From IMG/VR virus record IMGVR_UViG_3300032893_000036, positions 3,221 through 67,220 of that record: a stretch of 64,000 nt of DNA, one strand, 5' to 3'. Under the pieces are notes generated by a model. The model was not told where the DNA came from. It did no database searches and was given only the letters and a program-made list of their open reading frames with translations. Positions 10,072 to 18,628 of this stretch are shown here, piece by piece. Both the position numbers and the translations under genes were made by a program. Numbering within the stretch: the first letter of the stretch is position 1; the number at the start of each line of letters is the position of its first letter. The DNA is from a virus.

Positions 10072-10578
10072 ATGAACGAAGAAGTCACAATCATCGAGCC
10101 CGAGCCGCTGGAGCACCTACCGGCTAAAACCCTCCTGCGCTTGGTGGAGCAGCAGCAGAAGGCTGCCAAGAACGGCAAGATGTTCAAGGCCACAGTGACC
10201 GCATTCCCCGAGCTGTTCCGCAGTTTCGAGGAGATGGACATAGATCCGACCTTCGATGTCGGCAATGCGTGGATCAACCTATCGTTCGCGGGCGATGGGG
10301 ATCGCCTCAAGGCCGTCTGGGGGCTTTTACGCCGCGCCGGGTTCAATACCACCTCACGCCCGAAGAAAGGCGATACAGCGTTTAACGCCTTTTGGAGCCA
10401 GGATGGCTATGGAGACATCTTCATGATGTTCTCCAGCACTCTGTGCCGGCGCGTTCAGGTCGGTACAGAGATGAAGGAAGTCCCGATCTATGAGACTCAA
10501 TGCGGCGAGCTGCCCGAGATCGAGGCGCCTAACACTCAGGTGGTTGTCGCAGAGGAAACCAATGACATCCCCTTCTGA
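10072..10578 (+). CDS. hypothetical protein with SSB-like acidic C-terminal tail
   Basis: Ends EETNDIPF, like the DDDIPF tail of bacterial SSB; AAGGT SD. Confidence 0.7.
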   Translation: MNEEVTIIEPEPLEHLPAKTLLRLVEQQQKAAKNGKMFKATVTAFPELFRSFEEMDIDPTFDVGNAWINLSFAGDGDRLKAVWGLLRRAGFNTTSRPKKGDTAFNAFWSQDGYGDIFMMFSSTLCRRVQVGTEMKEVPIYETQCGELPEIEAPNTQVVVAEETNDIPF

Positions 10579-10620
10579 CCACATCCTGGCCGATCTTGGA
10601 GTCTTAACACAGGTGAAACA

Positions 10621-11268
10621 ATGAGCGATCCTATAGTCAGAGTTCCTGCAATCGATCTGGCGGCCGTCGTCCCGTTTCGAGCGCATCAAGACGTCCGCTA
10701 TTACCTTGATGGCGTGTTTGTCGAGCCGGTGCCGGAAGGCGGTTGCATGATCGTTGCTACCGAGGGGCATATGCTGGCTGCGATCCATAGCCCTGCGGCC
10801 CGAGCGGATCAGCCTCGAATACTCAGAGTCGAGGAAGGGCTGGAGAATGCGCTGCGGGACAACCCGGAAGGCAATCACGATCGCGAAATTGTCGTATCGG
10901 ACGATAAAGGCCGGGTCACGCTGCATGAGCATGGCGCCGAGACCTTTGTTCAGGTGGGTCCACCATTCATCGACGGCCGCTACCCTGAATGGCGCAAACC
11001 AATCCCTCCAATCGAGCACCTGAAGCCCGGAGCGCCTGCAGCTCTGCAAGCCCTCTACCTCGCTCGCCTCTGGAAGACCTGCCGAGATAGGCGGCATACG
11101 GGCGTTTTCTTCTCACACGATGACCGTAATCCTGACAACGGCGTCAGTATCGTGCAGGTTGTGAATCGGCCTGGGCTGATCATCTGCATCATGGCCATGA
11201 AGTTTGATCGGGCGGAATGGCCAACATGGATGCCGCGTGAGCCGGCTAAGGCGGAGGTAGCAGCATGA
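10621..11268 (+). CDS. DNA polymerase III beta-clamp-like protein (truncated clamp fold)
   Basis: DVRYYLDGVFVE, VATEGHML, IDGRYPEWRKPIP correspond to DnaN motifs R..L.G, VATDGHRL and I.G.YP.Y..VIP. Confidence 0.75.
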   Translation: MSDPIVRVPAIDLAAVVPFRAHQDVRYYLDGVFVEPVPEGGCMIVATEGHMLAAIHSPAARADQPRILRVEEGLENALRDNPEGNHDREIVVSDDKGRVTLHEHGAETFVQVGPPFIDGRYPEWRKPIPPIEHLKPGAPAALQALYLARLWKTCRDRRHTGVFFSHDDRNPDNGVSIVQVVNRPGLIICIMAMKFDRAEWPTWMPREPAKAEVAA

Positions 11269-11305
11269 CTACATCCCAACAGGACTCCATTCCCACTGAG
11301 GATGT

Positions 11306-12007
11306 GTGAATGTCCTCGATCTTTTCAGCGGGATCGGAGGCATGGCCCTCGGATTGGAGCGCGCAGGATTCCGGTCAGTCGGATTCTGCGAACTCAATCC
11401 CTATCGGCGAGCCATCTTGGCCAAGCACTGGCCTGGCGTCCCCTGCGCTACCGACGTCCACGAGCTCCACGCTCAAGATGTTCCCCGATTCGAGCTCATC
11501 GTCGGAGGCCCTCCCTGCCAGCGCACCAGCCTCGCCGCGGCGATCCAGGGCAAAAGGACGGGGGAAACCCTCTGGCCGGAAATGGCGCGCCTCATCGAGG
11601 AAGGACGTCCCGAATACGCCCTCATCGAGCAACCCCCTGGCAATTCCCGGTGGGAAGCTCAAGTTGCGGCAGATCTGGCGAGCCTTGGCTATCACTCATC
11701 CCGATTTCAACGACAGGCTTGCCATAGTGGCGCGCCTCATCAACGCCGGCGCGTGTTCATTGTTGCCCACGCCCTGCTCGAGCGATGCAACTCGGTGTCC
11801 CGGCTCGCCGAATCACGCCAGGCTGAATCGGTCCCGTGGCCTGCACCTCCAAGAGGAGCTTGGCGCGCGGCCAGGGCCGGAGATCGTGGAGTGGATGCTC
11901 GGCTTTCCGCCTGGGTGGAGCGAATTGCCGCTCTCGGAGACACCGTCTTTCCCCCAGATGCCGAGGCCATCGGCCGAGCAATCATGAAGGTGCACCATGT
12001 CAAGTGA
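11306..12007 (+). CDS. DNA cytosine-5 methyltransferase, alpha polypeptide
   Basis: Motif I LDLFSGIGG, motif IV GGPPCQ, motif VIII HQRRRVFIVA, motif X-like RIAALGDTV; no motif IX in this frame. Confidence 0.88.
   Translation: MNVLDLFSGIGGMALGLERAGFRSVGFCELNPYRRAILAKHWPGVPCATDVHELHAQDVPRFELIVGGPPCQRTSLAAAIQGKRTGETLWPEMARLIEEGRPEYALIEQPPGNSRWEAQVAADLASLGYHSSRFQRQACHSGAPHQRRRVFIVAHALLERCNSVSRLAESRQAESVPWPAPPRGAWRAARAGDRGVDARLSAWVERIAALGDTVFPPDAEAIGRAIMKVHHVK
11310..11987 (+). CDS. overprinted C5 methyltransferase beta-like polypeptide (motif IX); true start may be internal, e.g. ATG 11478
   Basis: The +1 frame is open for 225 codons and contains LLPTP and PEIVEWMLGFPPGWS (motif IX-like). Confidence 0.7.
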   Translation: MSSIFSAGSEAWPSDWSAQDSGQSDSANSIPIGEPSWPSTGLASPALPTSTSSTLKMFPDSSSSSEALPASAPASPRRSRAKGRGKPSGRKWRASSRKDVPNTPSSSNPLAIPGGKLKLRQIWRALAITHPDFNDRLAIVARLINAGACSLLPTPCSSDATRCPGSPNHARLNRSRGLHLQEELGARPGPEIVEWMLGFPPGWSELPLSETPSFPQMPRPSAEQS

Positions 12008-12290
12008 GCGAAACATACCCTCAAAGGAGCTGGCGCTGCAGGTAAATTTGCTCATGGCGCGTGTCGGTGGCAGCCTGATCGACAAGCGCAAAGGGACTGT
12101 TCTCCTGAGCCGCGCCGAATGGGAGTTGCTCCGTAAGTACATGGACGAGTTACACGCCAACTGGATGGCAGAGATTCGGAAGAACAGCACAACGGACGAG
12201 ACGAGAGTTGTCTATGCCAAATGCCCATGCGGTAGCTACGACGTGGGCGTGCAAGTACCAGCGGAGAAAGCCAGCGATGGTCAGTCATGA
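11997..12290 (+). CDS. hypothetical protein
   Basis: AAGGT SD; overlap chain. Confidence 0.5.
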   Translation: MSSERNIPSKELALQVNLLMARVGGSLIDKRKGTVLLSRAEWELLRKYMDELHANWMAEIRKNSTTDETRVVYAKCPCGSYDVGVQVPAEKASDGQS

Positions 12291-12625
12291 GCAGACGAAA
12301 TGGTGCGCGATGGGACGGGGTACAGAAGTGCGGCGGCTACAACGACACCGGGAACGTTCACCAGATCCATACCCGGTTCGGAGACGCCACACTCACCTAC
12401 GGCAAGTACGAGGGCCACTACCAGACGATGTGGTACGAGGGGCCACTGTGCGCTGTGTTCTGGATTGTCGGCGGAAGACTCAACGACACATCTACTTGTT
12501 ACGAGCACACATTCCAGGTGAAGAAGGTGGAAGTGATTGTAAAGCGGCCGGCAACGCCGGGATTCGACAACGAGCACCAGCATGTCAAGGTCACCTGTCA
12601 ACACACCTCATACGTGGGCGACTAG
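12287..12625 (+). CDS. hypothetical protein
   Basis: ATGA overlap; typical codon usage. Confidence 0.55.
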   Translation: MSRRNGARWDGVQKCGGYNDTGNVHQIHTRFGDATLTYGKYEGHYQTMWYEGPLCAVFWIVGGRLNDTSTCYEHTFQVKKVEVIVKRPATPGFDNEHQHVKVTCQHTSYVGD

Positions 12626-12647
12626 CGGTGAACGGGGGATGCGCTCC

Positions 12648-12887
12648 ATGAAAAAGAGATTGGTGTCGAAGGTATTGAAGCCGCACGTTAAGGACTGTTA
12701 CTCAGTGAAGAGTGTGCGTAACGGTGCATGGGGAACTCCGTGGGCCTACTTGGGAGAGGTCGAGTACAGAGACTCAATCGGTAGGTTGAGTCGCCATGGC
12801 TTCCGCTGGTGGCGCGTGAGGTGCAACTGTACCTACTGCCCCGCGGTGATCGTGATCAACGAAACATCTATCCTTGAGGCACTCTGA
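12648..12887 (+). CDS. hypothetical protein
   Basis: CNCTYC cluster; collinear. Confidence 0.45.
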   Translation: MKKRLVSKVLKPHVKDCYSVKSVRNGAWGTPWAYLGEVEYRDSIGRLSRHGFRWWRVRCNCTYCPAVIVINETSILEAL

Positions 12888-12897
12888 GCGAGGAAGT

Positions 12898-13122
12898 ATG
12901 ACACCCAAGAAAAGAAAACCGCGTAAGGAGCGGCGCAGGCCAACAGACAAGCTGAATTGCCTCTACCGGGCTGTCCAGGAATACATCGAGTCGCAGGGCG
13001 GGTCCGTGGTTGTTGCTGGCCCAATACAGATCCTGCGATGGCCTGGCGGCCTGCTTAAGTGGAATCTCGTGGTCGCCTGCGTAGGTCGAGCACCTGCGGG
13101 CAAGGGAGATAGTCGTGGATGA
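12898..13122 (+). CDS. hypothetical protein
   Basis: GAGG SD. Confidence 0.5.
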   Translation: MTPKKRKPRKERRRPTDKLNCLYRAVQEYIESQGGSVVVAGPIQILRWPGGLLKWNLVVACVGRAPAGKGDSRG

Positions 13123-13303
13123 TTGGAAGCGTGGTTTGCCTCCGGGAAAATACTACGAAGGCATGACGGACGATTACGAGGTGCAATTCACCGTGGGCGG
13201 CCTTAAGTGGCACCGGAAGCGTACACCTGAAGAAAAGGCCGCCCATATCGAACTCAAAAGGCGACTCGGTCCACAGCACGGAGCGGCTCATGGGCGAGAA
13301 TAG
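13115..13303 (+). CDS. hypothetical protein
   Basis: GGAG SD; overlap chain. Confidence 0.45.
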   Translation: MDDWKRGLPPGKYYEGMTDDYEVQFTVGGLKWHRKRTPEEKAAHIELKRRLGPQHGAAHGRE

Positions 13304-14144
13304 TGCCATCGAGTGGACCAACCACACATTCAATCCGTGGGTCGGCTGCACGAAGATCAGTCCCGGCTGCGATCACTGCTACGCGGAAGGCTGGGCAAAG
13401 CGCAGTGGCATGGTCGAATGGGGTGGATCTCGCGTCCGAACGTCTATCGCCAACTGGAACAAACCTCTTAAGTGGAATCGTGACGCCGCGGCAACCGGGA
13501 TTCGTAGGCGCGTGTTCTGCGCTTCCCTTGCGGACGTGTTCGACAACGAGGCTGACTCTCTGTGGCGCGTCGATTTGATGCGACTGATTGAGCACACGCC
13601 CCATCTTGACTGGCTGTTACTCACCAAACGCATTGGGAACGTGGCAGGCATGATGCACAATTGGCACGAGAGCAACTGGCCGCGCAACGTCTGGCTGGGA
13701 ATCACTGTCGTCAACCAGGAGGAAGCCGATCGAGACATACCGAAGTTGCTTCGTATCCCCGCTGCGGTCCACTTCCTGTCGATTGAACCCATGCTCTCGA
13801 TGATTTCATTGGACGCGGAGCAGTGGCTGGTCCCGGAGTACTTCGGCCACGCGGCAGACTGTCATGACCCACTGTGTGCGCTCAACGGCGATATGTATTC
13901 GTGTGCGGGCGAAGTCATTCAACAGCCTTCGATTGATTGGATTATCTGCGGCGGCGAGAGCGGCAGTCATGCGCGGGAGATGAATCCCGATTGGGCGCGT
14001 TACCTGCGCGAGCAGTGCAAAGACACTGGTACGGCGTTCTTCATGAAGCAGATGACCGGGAAGGCCGAAATTCCAGCTGACTTGCTTGTCCGCGAGTTTC
14101 CGACACCTCCTACATCCAACTCTGCTCCATCGGAGAAACCATGA
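13290..14144 (+). CDS. DUF5131 / phage Gp37Gp68 family protein
   Basis: SAIEWT..TFNPWVGCTKISPGCDHCYAE, RVFCASLADVF, LLTKR, SIEPML, WIICGGESG, FFMKQ. Confidence 0.92.
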   Translation: MGENSAIEWTNHTFNPWVGCTKISPGCDHCYAEGWAKRSGMVEWGGSRVRTSIANWNKPLKWNRDAAATGIRRRVFCASLADVFDNEADSLWRVDLMRLIEHTPHLDWLLLTKRIGNVAGMMHNWHESNWPRNVWLGITVVNQEEADRDIPKLLRIPAAVHFLSIEPMLSMISLDAEQWLVPEYFGHAADCHDPLCALNGDMYSCAGEVIQQPSIDWIICGGESGSHAREMNPDWARYLREQCKDTGTAFFMKQMTGKAEIPADLLVREFPTPPTSNSAPSEKP

Positions 14145-14374
14145 AAGTCTGCATGTGTGTCAGCGGCCCTCCAGCCGGAGGCGTTTGCAATGCATGCGGG
14201 GCCGTGGGGCCGCCTCTCCCGGGCCAATCGCCCGGCGGCCCGACCCCGTGGCCGATCGGGAAAGCGGAATTCTGGCCTACTCCGCTTACCGAAGCCGATG
14301 TACGTAGGATCATTCGCGAAGAACTGGAACGCGCTAGAGGCCCGTCCAATGGAGGATCTGTCGGTGGAACTTGA
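14141..14374 (+). CDS. hypothetical protein
   Basis: ATGA overlap; LTEADVRRIIREEL coiled segment. Confidence 0.5.
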   Translation: MKVCMCVSGPPAGGVCNACGAVGPPLPGQSPGGPTPWPIGKAEFWPTPLTEADVRRIIREELERARGPSNGGSVGGT

Positions 14375-14579
14375 TCAAGTTCGCTCCCATCTGGAGCGCG
14401 AAATGCAACTGATGCAGAGCCATCATGCAGACCTGACCTCTGACCAATGGACATTCGAGGCAGTCAGCTTCCGAGCTTCTGCTGGCGATCACCTGATCAT
14501 CTCGAAACGTGATTGGGAGGCACTCTGGCGTGCCCTGAAGACCGCGAACGCACACAGCGCATTAGAACCACGTGGCTGA
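14349..14579 (+). CDS. hypothetical protein
   Basis: GAGG SD; overlap chain. Confidence 0.45.
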   Translation: MEDLSVELDQVRSHLEREMQLMQSHHADLTSDQWTFEAVSFRASAGDHLIISKRDWEALWRALKTANAHSALEPRG

Positions 14580-15009
14580 TTGGTGGCTTACAAAGGACAG
14601 CGATCTGGATTGCGTCGAGTTGTATGAACGACACTACTCACGATATCGATACGCAGACGGCCGACAGCGAGCCAAAGACCAGTTCGTTGGTCCCGGCGAA
14701 AAGGTTGTGCTCAGAACCGAGCATGCCGATGCCCTCTTCGTCTGGCGCGTTTTCATCGATGACAGTGGACAAGACGGGATCAACTGCGCGGTCTTCCGGA
14801 ACGAATCGAGCCGCAGCAGCTCGTGCCTCATACGCCAGGCGGATCAAATTGCTGATTGCCTCTGGCCTGATCGCCGGCATTACACCTACGTCGATCCGAC
14901 GAAGATTGCCTCAACGAACCCTGGATTTTGCTTTATCGCCGCAGGCTGGAAACGCTGCGGTCGAACCAAAGGCGGATTAATCATTTTGGAGCGCACATGT
15001 CAGATCTGA
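14572..15009 (+). CDS. Mom-like (GNAT-fold) putative DNA-modifying protein
   Basis: YERHYS near the N-terminus and YTYVDP...NPGFCFIAAGW resemble the Mu Mom family (HY...T(Y/F)AD...G..Y.A.(N/G)W). Confidence 0.55.
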   Translation: MADWWLTKDSDLDCVELYERHYSRYRYADGRQRAKDQFVGPGEKVVLRTEHADALFVWRVFIDDSGQDGINCAVFRNESSRSSSCLIRQADQIADCLWPDRRHYTYVDPTKIASTNPGFCFIAAGWKRCGRTKGGLIILERTCQI

Positions 15010-15221
15010 TCGAGAAAGACATCACAGTGGAACTCTGGCGGGAGTACGACTTCGGCGGTCGCGTGTATCGCATCGACAAGCCCCAGAAACTGTTCTTCCG
15101 TCAGGGTGGCTCAACGCACCGAGTCGTAACTGAAGATGGTGTAGCGCATTGCGTACCGGCGCCGGGGGTCGATGGCTGCGTGCTTCGTTGGAAGCAAGTA
15201 GACGGCTCGGTGACGTTCTGA
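14997..15221 (+). CDS. hypothetical protein
   Basis: GGAG SD; ELWREYDF...THRVV motif. Confidence 0.6.
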   Translation: MSDLIEKDITVELWREYDFGGRVYRIDKPQKLFFRQGGSTHRVVTEDGVAHCVPAPGVDGCVLRWKQVDGSVTF

Positions 15222-15245
15222 ACGCTCAAACCGTGAAATGAAGTC

Positions 15246-15629
15246 ATGCTGACGCTCATATCCATCGCGTGCAACAACCCTGATAATGGCCATTTCACCG
15301 GCCACTTCTCGGCGCTGCAATACGGGAACGATCAGGATACCGAGCTACAGCACGTCGATTTCTTTCGGGGCCCGCGCGTAACGTATCTCGGAGATGGTCG
15401 CGTGCGGTTGTCCAGGCGCATCTTTGCGTTTGAGCGTGAGAAGGAGTGGTACGGCAACTGGTGCTGGAACGCCTTCTGGATGCAGCCAGGTGAGGCTAGG
15501 CGCCTGTTGCGTTACCTGCGGGAGTCAGGCGGCTGGCACTGCGAGGCCGGCCCGTGTCGGCTTTACGATTGGTTCAATAGACCTGCTCCACCACAGTCAT
15601 CAGCTCATGAGGCAACACCGCAAAAATAA
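15246..15629 (+). CDS. hypothetical Trp-rich protein
   Basis: Open ORF, collinear. Confidence 0.55.
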   Translation: MLTLISIACNNPDNGHFTGHFSALQYGNDQDTELQHVDFFRGPRVTYLGDGRVRLSRRIFAFEREKEWYGNWCWNAFWMQPGEARRLLRYLRESGGWHCEAGPCRLYDWFNRPAPPQSSAHEATPQK

Positions 15630-15643
15630 TCCCGTGAATACGC

Positions 15644-15672
15644 TTGACGCGCATACGCGCAGCGCGTATAGT
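15644..15672 (+). promoter_or_regulatory. sigma70 promoter with overlapping palindromic operator
   Basis: TTGACG-17 bp-TATAGT; perfect inverted repeat ATACGCGC-A-GCGCGTAT at 15653-15669. Confidence 0.8.
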
Positions 15673-15698
15673 CTCTCCCATCGACACGGGAGAATCAC

Positions 15699-15950
15699 AT
15701 GGCCAAGGTCTACAACTCAAGCGGGTTCATCGATGGGGCTTTCCAGGTCATTGGCCGGCGCGCGGATGGTAAGGCGTATGTCTTGCAGAACTGCGTTGAC
15801 CCCGAGGGGGCGGAATACTACGTCGCCTACTACTGCGCCGAGCGATCGACGGGTAGCTTTGAGCATCTGGACTTCGCCTGCCGGATGCAGGCGTTTGCGA
15901 CTCAGGATGAGGCCGTCCAGGCCGTGCGCGCCAAGGGGTTCGCGCTGTGA
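15699..15950 (+). CDS. hypothetical protein, first gene of the promoter-driven pair
   Basis: GGAG SD directly after the sigma70 promoter. Confidence 0.7.
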   Translation: MAKVYNSSGFIDGAFQVIGRRADGKAYVLQNCVDPEGAEYYVAYYCAERSTGSFEHLDFACRMQAFATQDEAVQAVRAKGFAL

Positions 15951-16165
15951 GGGCAAAGAAGCCAGACCCGTCTGCGGAGCTCGCTGCGGCCATCAAGCGG
16001 TGGCGTGGAGAGATGCCCGTCAGTCGCGCTGCGCAGCTCCTGGGCATCCCCAAGCGCACCCTAGAGGGCATCGAGCAGGGGCGCGGGTTTCGATATCCGC
16101 AGCTGCTGATTTTGGCACTACAGGCGTTTAGCAATTCGGACAACCAAGAAGTGAGACGGTCATGA
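15947..16165 (+). CDS. Xre-family HTH protein (antitoxin-like)
   Basis: IKRWRG...SRAAQLLGIPKRTLEGIEQGR. Confidence 0.8.
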   Translation: MRAKKPDPSAELAAAIKRWRGEMPVSRAAQLLGIPKRTLEGIEQGRGFRYPQLLILALQAFSNSDNQEVRRS

Positions 16166-16386
16166 TTCTCATTGGTAAACGGGTACGGATTCAGCTCACC
16201 AATTCGGACGGCGCTCTGATCCGATTCACGGCGCCCATCGTGCGGGAAACTAACGACACGGTTACGGTCGATATGCCCGCCAAGGCGCGGAAGGTTCCTT
16301 TCCCGCTAGAGGGCGGCGCGCGCTTCGTGAAGTTCCCCCGCACGAAGGCAGTGCGAGCACTGGACCGAGCCGCTCCCCAACTATGA
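16162..16386 (+). CDS. hypothetical protein
   Basis: ATGA overlaps. Confidence 0.5.
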   Translation: MILIGKRVRIQLTNSDGALIRFTAPIVRETNDTVTVDMPAKARKVPFPLEGGARFVKFPRTKAVRALDRAAPQL

Positions 16387-16760
16387 GCGAATCACCTGAA
16401 CTAGGCCAAGTGTTGTTTGGCCAGCCGACTGGAAGCCATGGCACGCCAGATTGGGTTGATTCCATGATCACCGGGATCATGGCCCAGTTGGAGCGTGTCT
16501 TCTGGAACATCAACCAGCAGCAGTATTTTCGCGAGGATGCCGATATAGGCACAGTGCACATACGCGCGTACCGCTATGACGACGACGTAGACGCTGGCCC
16601 TAATTTCTGGGTCGAGGGCGACCCGCAGGAGATCCGCTGGTACAAGTATCCGGGGCGTGGTCAGTCCTGCAAGCTCGAATACACGTGGGAACAGTGGGCT
16701 GCGTGGCACGACAAGGTTATTGCCGGATTACGCGCAGCGGATCACGCCGCACGGTCTTAA
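16383..16760 (+). CDS. hypothetical protein
   Basis: ELGQ.LFG...PNF...IRWYKY.GRG motif; ATGA overlap. Confidence 0.65.
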   Translation: MSESPELGQVLFGQPTGSHGTPDWVDSMITGIMAQLERVFWNINQQQYFREDADIGTVHIRAYRYDDDVDAGPNFWVEGDPQEIRWYKYPGRGQSCKLEYTWEQWAAWHDKVIAGLRAADHAARS

Positions 16761-16775
16761 CTCAAGGGGTAGTCT

Positions 16776-16985
16776 GTGAGTTTTAGGAAGGTCTGGAAGT
16801 GCGATATCTGCCACGAGGAAACCCTTGAGGCAAATATTCGCGGGTGCCGATTCTCGGACCTGCGCCAGTTCAAGCTCAGCACGCCGCAATCGACCGACGG
16901 CACGCATATCTGCATTGCCTGCCTCTCCCAACTCGCAGATCAATTGCCACTGATGGGGCCAAACTTCACGCCGAGGCACTCATGA
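16776..16985 (+). CDS. zinc-ribbon small protein
   Basis: CDIC...HICIAC. Confidence 0.55.
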   Translation: MSFRKVWKCDICHEETLEANIRGCRFSDLRQFKLSTPQSTDGTHICIACLSQLADQLPLMGPNFTPRHS

Positions 16986-17248
16986 CAAATTTATGCGACG
17001 TCTGCGGGAAACCCGCAACTCAATCGATGCTGAAGGATCCTTTCGGCAAGTCCGATGCATTGCGCTTTGTATGCGGTGAACACGGTTTCCGCATTCGGGA
17101 TCCTGCGGACGTTGCCGAGATCGAACGCCTGCGCGCTGAGAATGCCGCACTAATCCGCGACAATGAGGCACTCTACGATGCCAACACAAGCCTAGTGAAC
17201 GAATTGGCAGGCGGCGGACTCGATGCCGAACCGGAGAAGACGCCGTGA
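16982..17248 (+). CDS. small Zn-finger/coiled-coil protein
   Basis: CDVCGKPAT...CGEH, then EIERLRAEN. Confidence 0.55.
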   Translation: MTNLCDVCGKPATQSMLKDPFGKSDALRFVCGEHGFRIRDPADVAEIERLRAENAALIRDNEALYDANTSLVNELAGGGLDAEPEKTP

Positions 17249-18336
17249 CGAAGAAGGAAGTCGAATGCAGACACGACAGATTGGAGGCGGAAGAGTCTGG
17301 GCAGTATTGGTGCCCTGAATGCGACAGTCGTTTTCAAATAGTGCCTGCTGCCAAATCAGAACAAGCCGTGACAAATCAGAAATTCAAGGAACTCCCGGAG
17401 CTTGAGATTGAGGGACTGAATGCGTGGCTGATTTCGGAAGAGTCTCTTGTTGCGATATTGCAGGAAGGACACGATTTTTATATGAGTTTGGACGTTGAGT
17501 CTGCTCGGAAAGTACACGCGTGGCTTGGCGAGGCTCTGTCACATCTCGAACCGGAGCAGCGGAACGAGGACTGTCCTGATGGCGAGCATGATTGGGGGGC
17601 GTATTTCTGTCGCCGTTGCGGACGTTCCGTCGTTTTGAGAGCAGCGGCCGAACCGAGAGCGCCTCAAGCGCCCATTGCGAAGATCACCGTACGGGAATCT
17701 GGCGCTGGGCACTACGCACCGGATGAAGTGTCGGTGAGTTTTTACGCTCCCGGTCTGCCCCCAGGTGACCATGACGTGTACTGCGAGCCGATGTCTGTGG
17801 CACCCGCTCTGAAAAGTTTCCAGGCTAGGGATTGCGACGATAGCGGTCAGCGGGCTGACGAATCCGCTGCGTGTTCGGGCACGTCTAGCCACCCGTTCGA
17901 TGACGCTCTGCGATGGCGTGCCTTCAAAGAGATGCACGTGAGTAACGTGCTACACATGATAGCTAGCGGTACAGACAATTACGATACCGCAGTTGATGCT
18001 GTTAGAGTCGCGGCGAAATCCGAACCGGAAGTAATTCTTCCGTCCTTTCGAGAGATGAAGGGTATTTTGGCGGAGAAATCCTCCCCCGCCGACCTCGTGG
18101 GCGCCCTACAGGACCGACTACCGGACCTTGAGCAACGAGCGGTGCGGGCCGGTCGGTCGGTCAAATGGAACTGCGCGTGCAACGATCTGTCATGCGCTTA
18201 CTGCGGGCCACGACTCGCACAGAAATCGAACTCAGCTCCATCGACCTTCACCCGAGAATGTGCCCGGTGCGGGAAGCCTGGGCAGGCAACGAGAACCGAT
18301 GGAGTATTTTACTGTTCAATCGAGTGCGCGGATTGA
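17245..18336 (+). CDS. mosaic multi-module hypothetical protein with several Cys clusters
   Basis: CPEC, CRRC, CAYC, CARC/CSIEC separated by A(A/E/Q)KS linkers. Confidence 0.6.
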   Translation: MTKKEVECRHDRLEAEESGQYWCPECDSRFQIVPAAKSEQAVTNQKFKELPELEIEGLNAWLISEESLVAILQEGHDFYMSLDVESARKVHAWLGEALSHLEPEQRNEDCPDGEHDWGAYFCRRCGRSVVLRAAAEPRAPQAPIAKITVRESGAGHYAPDEVSVSFYAPGLPPGDHDVYCEPMSVAPALKSFQARDCDDSGQRADESAACSGTSSHPFDDALRWRAFKEMHVSNVLHMIASGTDNYDTAVDAVRVAAKSEPEVILPSFREMKGILAEKSSPADLVGALQDRLPDLEQRAVRAGRSVKWNCACNDLSCAYCGPRLAQKSNSAPSTFTRECARCGKPGQATRTDGVFYCSIECAD

Positions 18337-18385
18337 ACGAGCGACTACAAGCGAGAACCTGAGCGAGTCAATTTAGGAGTTGTAC

Positions 18386-18628
18386 ATGTTTCACGTAAAA
18401 GACGGCCTATTCTTCAAACGCAATGACGACGGCAGTGTGACCGTCCTGAAGACGAGCGACGGCAAGGAGCCAACGGACTCCAACGTGTCATTCACTGAGA
18501 CCTTGGACGACGGCTCATGGTGTTCCGCCGTACTGAGCATGTCGGCATTCAGCGAGCGGCCGTGGAGACTGGCATGCCTGGATGCGGCATCCTGGCCGTT
18601 ACTACGTCGTGGCGCAGCAGGAGAATAG
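18386..18628 (+). CDS. hypothetical protein
   Basis: AGGAG SD; MFH..DGLFF.R..DGSV motif. Confidence 0.55.
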   Translation: MFHVKDGLFFKRNDDGSVTVLKTSDGKEPTDSNVSFTETLDDGSWCSAVLSMSAFSERPWRLACLDAASWPLLRRGAAGE

